DNA from: Paraspadella gotoi
Lineage: Eukaryota; Animalia; Chaetognatha
Reading direction: 5' to 3'
Assembly (NCBI GenBank): GCA_051294375.1
Contig: JBJCIZ010000054.1
Span: forward strand, 18,180-46,436
Length of the DNA stretch: 28,257 bases
The notes under the pieces were generated by a model that did not search any database, was not told the DNA's origin, and saw only the letters and a program-made list of their open reading frames with translations. Positions 20,901 to 28,257 of this stretch are shown here, piece by piece (the stretch's first letter is position 1; every line of letters starts with the position of its first letter). Position numbers and translations under genes: made by a program.

Positions 20901-21667
20901 TTCATATACTCACTATAAACCTACATAACCCATTAAACTCAAATCACTTAGTTTTTAAGTAAACACTCATCTTTAACAAGAATGACTAAATATTAATATA
21001 ATTCACAGTTAAATTACCAAAGAGTAAAGGGATTCACCAAAACAATAATAAAATAATCATTATTGAGCTTTATTATTCTAATAATTGTTTGTTAAAAAAT
21101 AATTTAATAATTTATTAATAAAATATATTTATATTTTAAATATTAAAATATTAATAATATTTCATAAGTATTATATGATAAAAATTAGAATATTTACAAT
21201 TTATAATCAAAAATATACACATATAATTATGATTTAAAGCATAATATTTATGAGAATTTTGAATTTCGTTATAAATTAATAATTATTATTATATAATGTA
21301 ATGGAGCCTGTGAGTTTGGATTCAGGTCCGGATACCGGATTGAATAATTTATTTGGAATCTCTTAATTTAGTTGTTATAGACTGGAGACGCGGAGCGGGA
21401 GAGCCCCGAGAGAGGCAAAATAATTTTTGTGACTTTCCGGTATCGCCGGAGCCCTGGAGGCTGGACGGCGGGCCTTGGACAAAGAAATTTGGCCTGCGAG
21501 CTGCCGGGGACGCTCCGGTCAGAAATTTTTTTTCGGCTCCGGTCCAGCTCCGGCCTTCGCGGCCAGATAAAAATTCTGGCATCCGGATCCGGCTGCCGGC
21601 TCCGGCAAAAAAAGCTCGGCTGCCGGCGGCTCCAAGCTCCGGCTCCGGCTCCGGCTCCACATCCCTG

Positions 21668-21675
21668 GTGAGGTC
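21668..21675 (+). repeat. Right 8-bp target-site duplication GTGAGGTC
   Basis: Identical to 16058-16065. Confidence 0.95.
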
Positions 21676-22499
21676 AAAAGGATAATAAGATGAGTTCAGT
21701 CGGGTAATATTGATGCGAATCGCGAGTGTATCAATCCATCGTGGGTTCAAGGGTTGAGGTTAGTAAATGGGCGATAAGTAAGGTTTCTCAGAAGTGGTGT
21801 ACGAGGGAAACGCGTATCTAATGCGCGGGCGAGTGGAGTGCATCGGGACGATCCTAAGGGGCGGCTCCTCAGTTCTCGAATTTCTCACAGTGATTTCTGC
21901 AACGTGTGAAAGGGGTCGTTTGACCGAAACGCTACCGACAGACCGACACACTCGGAAGCATAAGTCACGCAGGCCTCATAAGTGCGCCGGCAGAAATGCC
22001 TTGGCGCGTTTAAAGAGGCGTGAGAAGAGAGAGAGGAGGAAGAAGAGGTGAAGGGAGGAGGAAGAGGAGAGGTGAAAAAGGAGACAGAGTCAAAGTGGAC
22101 GCGACAGGTGATTACAGTGTGGAAAGTAAAGGGTTCTGATTGTTCGGCTGCATTGGTATTGGCCGGTTTGTAGCCGTTGTATGCCGTTGTATGCCCTTTT
22201 GTTGAGGGAGAGTGGAAATGGAAGGTTTGGTTGAGATTTTAACTCAGTAAGGGATGACACAATGGAGAATTGAAAAAGACGACGACGACGACCGACGAAG
22301 ACGACAAAAGGTTCATTTCTCAGGCGACGCTTCCCCTCGAAACCCGCACGACGGCAAGAAGGTAAGGGAAATTGATTCCCAAAGAGAATTTGGAGTTCTT
22401 TTGGCGGTGAAGTTTTTTTTTGAAAAAAAAAAAAGGGTTGGAGAATTTTTTATCGGATTTCATCGCAGAAACAGAAAAATATTGAAAATTGGAGGGGGG

Positions 22500-22506
22500 G
22501 AGAGAG

Positions 22507-22583
<77 letters not shown>

Positions 22584-22586
22584 AGA
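22500..22586. repeat. (GA)n microsatellite
   Basis: Seen directly. Confidence 0.97.
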
Positions 22587-22901
22587 TAAAGTGAGAATCC
22601 GAATTAATTATCATCAACAGAATAATGTAGCGGATTTATCTTTCGCTTAAAACTGCTAGCTACATAATTTTATACAAAATTCATTATCTATTATTAAAAA
22701 TAAAAAACTTAATCGTAAGATGGAGGTAGGATCGTTATGAACGTAACCCTGATTATCATGAATGATCTCGGGATTCTTCCTTCTTTTCCGCCGTCGTTGC
22801 TTGTCGTCGTCGTCGTCTGCGTCGTCGTCGTCGCTCGCTGTCGTTTATAAAGTTCAGAGATTAAAAACTGAGCGCCTCCTTGATTTTCTCTCATCCGCCC
22901 C

Positions 22902-23192
22902 GCTGCCGTGAGTCTTAGGATTTTTGTTTTTCTCCATTTTTCGTACTTCTGTGCTTTCATTTGCTCTTTTTTTGCTTTGCCTTGCTCCAATTTTTTTATT
23001 TGGATTGCCACAGCGTGGTGTGTGCCTTGTTTCGTCTCTCTCGTTCCTGTCTTTTAGTTCAGAGGTTCGACGCTCTTTTTATGCCTGCCGGTGAGTTCTT
23101 AGGATTTTTGTTTTCTCATAAATTTTTCTAACTTCTGTGCTTTCATTTGCTCTTTTTTTTGCTTTGCCCCTTTGCCTCCCAGTTTATTTGGA
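22902..23192. repeat. ~105-bp diverged direct repeat (about 22902-23005 and 23085-23192)
   Basis: Shared ctgccg(g)tgagt(t)cttaggatttttgttttt...acttctgtgctttcatttgctcttttttt(t)gctttgcc...tttatttgga. Confidence 0.9.
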
Positions 23193-23439
23193 CCTTTGTT
23201 ACTGATCTGAATTGCTCCTTTATCTCTCACATCTCAATTTTCTCATTTGTTCCCTATCTTTTTTGGCTGCTTCATGTTTTGGCTCCTTCCGCTTCGCTCT
23301 GATTTGCTCGCTTTTTATGTTTCAACTCCAGCGCGATGACTTGAGCTTCTCTCTCTCTCTTCTCAACGCATCTTTTCCTCGCTGTTTTTTTCTTTTTGGA
23401 TTTCTGTCTTCTTTTTTCTTCTCTTTATCCATTTTGTCT

Positions 23440-24130
23440 TCCTTGCCATCTTCTTCTAATGCTTCCTCTTCCCTTCTTCATCCTCTTCTTCCCGACTTCT
23501 TCTATCTTCTTCCCGCCTTCTTCTAATCCTCTTGCCCGTCTTAGGCTCTCCTTACCCCGTCTGTCTTCTAATTTCCTTGCCTGTCGTTAGCCATCTTTCC
23601 GCCTTCCTTAATCTTCTTCCCGCGCTTGCTCTTGTAATCTTTCTCCCGCCGCTTCTTCTAATCTTATCCCATCTTTCAGCTTATCCTTCCCGTATTCTTC
23701 TATCTTCTTGCCTGGTCCTTCACTTCTCCTTCTAATCTTCTTCCTGTCTTCAGCCTTTCCTTCCGGTCTTCTTCTAATCTTCTTCCTGCTTTCGCTTCTT
23801 CTTCCGCCTTCTTCTTCTTCCTTCTCTATCCCGTCTCTTCTACCTTCTCCCGTGCAATCATCTTCTTCTTCCGCCTTCTTCTAATCTTTCTTCCTGTCTT
23901 TAAGCTTTTTCTTCCCGCTTTCCTTTAAATTTTCATCCCGCCTTTTTCCGGTTTCTTACCCGTCTTCTTTCTAATCTTCTTTCCGTATTCTACTAACCTC
24001 TTCGTCGCTTCTGCTAATCTTCTTGCCCGTCTCCTTCCGTCTTCTTCTAATCTTCTTTCCGGTCTTATCTTTTTCCTTCGCCGTCTTCTTTAACCTTCTT
24101 CCTTTCTTCTTCTCGTCTTTATTCCTCTCG
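23440..24130 (-). repeat. Degenerate ~21-22-nt repeat tract with coiled-coil-like coding potential
   Basis: Recurrent ttcta(a)tcttcttcccg at 23500, 23521, 23656, 23730, 23772, 23879, 23969 and 24045, with spacings of 21 and 42 in places. The minus strand encodes GKKIEE/RLEE-type units. Confidence 0.65.
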
Positions 24131-25215
24131 TCCAGTTTTCTTCCAAACCCTCTCCTCCATCCACATCCTTCCCGAAGACAGACGAGGCTCCCATCCCTCC
24201 ACCAGTCATCTGATTGCGACAACCCTCCGCGCCATATACCTCACCCACGCCCCGCACCCTACCTTCGCGTCCTCCCCCCACTCACCCCCCTTCTTTTTCG
24301 CGCACCCCCCCTTTGTTTTACCTCGTTCCTCCTCCACTACACTCCTCTATGGTTTTGCTCAGCAAAAACTATTTTCCATTTTACGGCGGTCATTTGGACC
24401 GCAAAATCTTGTTTTGTCCAAAAAAAAAGGGAAAAAAATAACCAAAAACCAAAAAGAAAACTTTTTTCGTCTTCGTCTTCGTCGGTCGACATCGTCATCA
24501 CGTCGACTTGGTTCGTCGTCGTCACCGTCGTCGTCCGCCGCGGGCGTCCCTTTTACCATTATAATCCTTTCCATGATACAATCCCTTAGGTTTTTTTTTT
24601 CTCTCTTCTCCAGATGGTCTCGTTTTTCCTTTATTCTAGTTTTTTTTTTTGTTTTTTTTCTTTTTTTGTTTTTTTTTTTTTGGGTTTCTTGGTTTCTGTT
24701 TTCCTCCTCGTAGACGCTGTCAAACACTCAATAACGAATATGACACCACCCGACCCACCGCTCCACAGCTCCAGGCCCCCTCAATACCCCCTCCCCAAAT
24801 AAAATTGGGCGCAGATTGTGAAGTAATAGCGGTCGTCAGATTCGCTTCAAAAGGTTTCCTTCAACGAAAAATCTTCCTTTCTTCCAGAATAAGAGATTTT
24901 CTCCTCAATTTTATATATTAACGTTATGACGCGTCTTTCCTCAACATGTTGCCCTTTGAGTATTGTTGTGCTCGCTACTATACATACTGCATAGTACATT
25001 ATACGTTAATACATTATACGTAATTCCATTAAACAATAAAGCATATTTACATGACTTGTCTAACGTGTCCTAAATGCTGTTTAAAGTCAGGGGGTCATAA
25101 TTATTTATTGAATGAATGGAAACCTTTATATTGATTGTAATAATTATTATACTGTATATATATATATAGTATATACAATACATAGTAGATATGAATATTA
25201 TTATTAAATTTCATG

Positions 25216-25308
25216 GAAGAGAGAGGGAGATGAGAAGAAGAGAGGAGAGAGAGAGAGAGAAGAGAGGAAGAGAAGAGAGAGAGAGAGAGAGAGGAGATAG
25301 TAGAGAGA
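25216..25308. repeat. Imperfect (GA)n microsatellite
   Basis: Seen directly. Confidence 0.93.
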
Positions 25309-27697
25309 TATTGATATGTGGAGTCTTTCATAAACGTAACTGACATAATTCGCTCTAGTGGACCATAAGTATTAGCTCTTTTCAACTCAGAGAGAGAAAG
25401 AGCGAGAGATAGAGAGAGAGTAAAGAAGCAGAATCACTAGAGTCGCAATTGTCTCGAGTCTAATGATGCACACGAGCGACAAAAGAGAGAGAGAGAGGAA
25501 GAACTTTTTCTCTTTCTCATCCAAACTTTGTGGTTTCCTCTTCTCATAGTTCGAGTTCTTTGTTTTTTCTCTCTTTGTTTCGTCGTTTCGGGGTTCCACT
25601 TCTCCGCTTTCGCTCCCTGTTTTATCACTTCTCCGTTTTCTGTTTCGGTCTTCGTTTCCGTTTTACATCTTCTCTGTTTCTTCACTTTCTCCGAACTATC
25701 TTGTTTTCTGCTCTCTTTTTGTTTCTTCTTTCTCTTTCTTCTTAATGCAGTTGTTTCATCATCTCTTCCTTTCCTCCCTTCACCAGACTCCCCCCAAGCC
25801 CCGCTCACTGCTAACCCGCCAACGGGCCCCTCTCTTTTTCAATCGCTGGCAATTAGTTTTCGGTCAAGACGGACAAACAATGAAAATCCAATTCTGAGAG
25901 CAATCAGTGAAAATATATATGGTAAGACAAAAACGGAGATTTGGTCGGAAATATGAGCTTGAGACTATTAACTAACCATAAATCGCACAATGACTTGCTC
26001 TTGTTATACATATATATATTGATTAAATTAACGCGGGATGCTATTATACGTATGTTACAAAAAACGCAAAGTAATGTAAGAACTAATCAAATAAATCAAA
26101 TAGAATCAGGAAGAGTAATTGATTCACACTGAGAAACAAGTTTCTTCTTATAAACAAGAAAAGAAATTTAAAACGTTTCTGGATCTCGCGAAACCACAAC
26201 ACAATCAAATCAACAATCACTTTTTATTAAATTCCGTCGAAATCGTTTCAATTGATTCTTCGCAAAGTTAGTTTTAAAACGAACGTTAAAACTTTGAAAA
26301 CATATTCTCAGATAATATCAAAATTGAACTTACTTAAAGTTAAACGAACTTAAATTTAATAACTATTAAGTTACATTATCATCAAGGTCAGCAACTCTTT
26401 GGGTTATTATTGAGGTAAAAATGATCGTCATCATCATCATCATAATTTTTTCGTTTATTTTTCTAGCGGTGAAAGCGTTAACTCGCCGCGAAAACTTTTT
26501 TGAATTTTTTACGAGATTGTAGATGTCTTTTCTTTTCGTTTTATTTCGTTTCGTTGGGTTTTTTAGTTCGTTATAACGGATTTTATTCGTCATGTTCGTT
26601 TTATCGATCGTACGTTACTCAGTTATTTCTTTTTCGGCGGCCTCGTTCGTGCGAGTTCCTTTAAAGTTTAACCAATTATTCTATTGTGGTCTAGAGGGAA
26701 TTCTTCTCTCTCTCCTCATCTCTCTCTCTCCTCTCTTCTCTCTCTTCTTCTCATCTTCCTCTCCTCTCTCTCTCTCTCTCAATATTTTCAAAGATCGGCG
26801 TTTTTCAACGAAGGCCGCTGGTCGATAAAGTATCTTCGATTTCTCATCACCGTTAAATGTAAATGGTATTTCGTCTTTTCTTTTCAAACTTTTTTTCTCT
26901 ATCATCAACCGCAGTCGATTTTTTTTCCTACAAAGCGATTTTCCATTTGTTGCGATACAACTGCGTCGGCGTGCTTCGTCAGTCGTCGTCGATCGTCGTC
27001 GTCGTCGTGTCGTCGTCAGTCGGACGGCCCGAAATCAGTCGGCATTTTGCAAACGACGAAAAGGCGTCGTTTTACTCTAGAGAAGAGAGACGAGAAAAAA
27101 AAGACCTCCGAGTGGGATCGTCACATTTTTTTTCTTTTTTTTCAGTCTTTTTTCCTTTTTTTATCATCTTTTTCTTTGTTTTCCTTTTTTTCTTCTTTTT
27201 TTTTCTTTCTTTTCCTCCTTTCGAAAGGGAAGACTCAAGTCCGCAGGGTCGCTGGCCGATCAAAAATATTTTCTTCGCTCATAAAAAGAAATCTAGCGAA
27301 GACAAGATTCTTTTTTCTTTTTCCTTCCTCTTCTCCTTATTTCTTTCCTTCCCCTTTTCTTCTCCTCCGCTTTTTCTTCCTCCTTTTTCTTTACTTTTTA
27401 GCTTCCTCTCTCAACTTTTCTCCTGCTCACTTTTCCTTCCTTTTTTTTTTTCTTGATTTTTCTTTCCTTTTGGGTTTCTTCGTTTACTCTGTTTTTTTTC
27501 GAATTCCTTCCTTCCTCATTAACTTCCCTGTATTTTTTCGTAGTCTTCTTTCCACTTTGACTTTCTATTATATTTCTTTCTTCTATTTCCTCCTACTTTT
27601 CCTCTCCTCTTCCCAAATTTTTGCCCCTCAACCTCCTCCTTTTTTTTCTTTTTCTTTCTTTCTCTTCGCTTTCCTCCGGATTTTCCTTCGAGGGAGG

Positions 27698-27831
27698 TCA
27701 CCTCAAACTTTTCTCGTTGGCGTCGTCGTCGTCGTCGTAGTTCGTCCGTCGTCGTTTCTTCTCCTGTTCGGTCGTCAGGGCGACCAAACCTCGACCGTCA
27801 CGAAATGCGACGAAGATCTCGTCGTCCAGCC
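27698..27831 (-). CDS. Weak candidate terminal exon of an unknown host gene
   Basis: Pyrimidine-rich acceptor-like ttccctattcctctcaag| followed by LDDEIFVAFRDGRGLVALTTEQEKKRRRTNYDDDDDANEKSLR-stop. No family recognised. Confidence 0.2.
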
Positions 27832-28257
27832 CTTGAGAGGAATAGGGAAGTGCGAGCTTGCGATCCAGGCGTCAGGGACACAGACACTACCAAACAGGGT
27901 ACACTAGTTTTGAGAACCAGTGAAGAACGGACAACATCAGAATAGGGTAGATAAGAATGCCAGGTATTTGGTCATCCTAACATTGAATGGCGAACCCTGG
28001 ACAGAAAAACAAAATCATTTTAAAAGCGAACTAAAGCGGAAGATTGAAAGCGACACATCTCAACGCATGGAACCGATGAAATGCGAAATCAGGGAAGCAG
28101 TCGGTCGGTTCGTCTCTTAAAATAAGATGGGAGCGGGAGTTTGAAGACGCGGTCGAAGGAAGATAAACCATAAGATAGGGAGATGAAGATGAGAAGACGG
28201 AAAATAGCGATTGAGATGGAGGAGATTAATGATAAGTGATTACAGATGGGGCGATGT

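Larger units (their letters stand above)
16066..21667. mobile_element. Non-autonomous hAT-superfamily DNA transposon, 5602 bp, whole-length imperfect palindrome
   Basis: Perfect 16-bp TIRs CAGGGATGTGGAGCCG (16066-16081) / CGGCTCCACATCCCTG (21652-21667), 8-bp TSD and subterminal GCTCCG/CGGAGC motif clusters. CAG-start TIRs with an 8-bp TSD are hAT hallmarks. No transposase ORF. Confidence 0.92.

Noticed and set aside
15953-21750. Pro/Gly/Ala-rich ORFs at the two ends of the hAT element
   Set aside because: Translations of GCTCCG motif arrays, several crossing the element boundary.
21676-22250. Purine-rich target sequence (continuing at 15955-16065) as an interrupted gene or LINE
   Set aside because: Rejoining the empty site gives only short ORFs with no RT, endonuclease or other recognisable motif.
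26684-27907. 407-aa plus-strand ORF, and similar F/S/L- or K/R/E-rich ORFs from 23.2 to 27.7 kb
   Set aside because: They arise from stop-poor polypyrimidine/polypurine low-complexity DNA, have non-ATG starts or biased composition, and show no domains.

Overview
AT-rich, microsatellite-laden eukaryotic (probably invertebrate animal) genomic DNA from an error-prone assembly, with three N gaps and many single-base indels. No intact host gene is recognisable. (1) 1-8128, minus strand: a rearranged Ty3/Gypsy-type LTR retrotransposon. In order it has a putative LTR with internal hairpin tandem repeats, a tRNA-Trp-like PBS, an intact orphan 224-aa ORF, an apparently spliced long gag with two zinc knuckles, a 1.5-kb internal duplication and reverse-transcriptase fragments. 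(2) 8.3-16 kb: non-coding DNA with a Helentron/HINE-like hairpin element, two tRNA-derived SINEs and simple repeats. (3) 16066-21667: a 5.6-kb hAT-type DNA element with perfect 16-bp TIRs and an 8-bp TSD. Its whole body is one diverged palindrome centred near 18268, with head-to-head TTAGGG/CCCTAA-rich arms and no transposase. (4) 22-28 kb: low-complexity DNA, a decayed coiled-coil-like ~21-nt repeat tract and one weak exon candidate. The most interesting signals are the giant palindromic hAT element and the organisation of the retroelement: accessory ORF, intron-containing gag and a possible stop-readthrough signal. All alignments were done by eye; no database searches were run.
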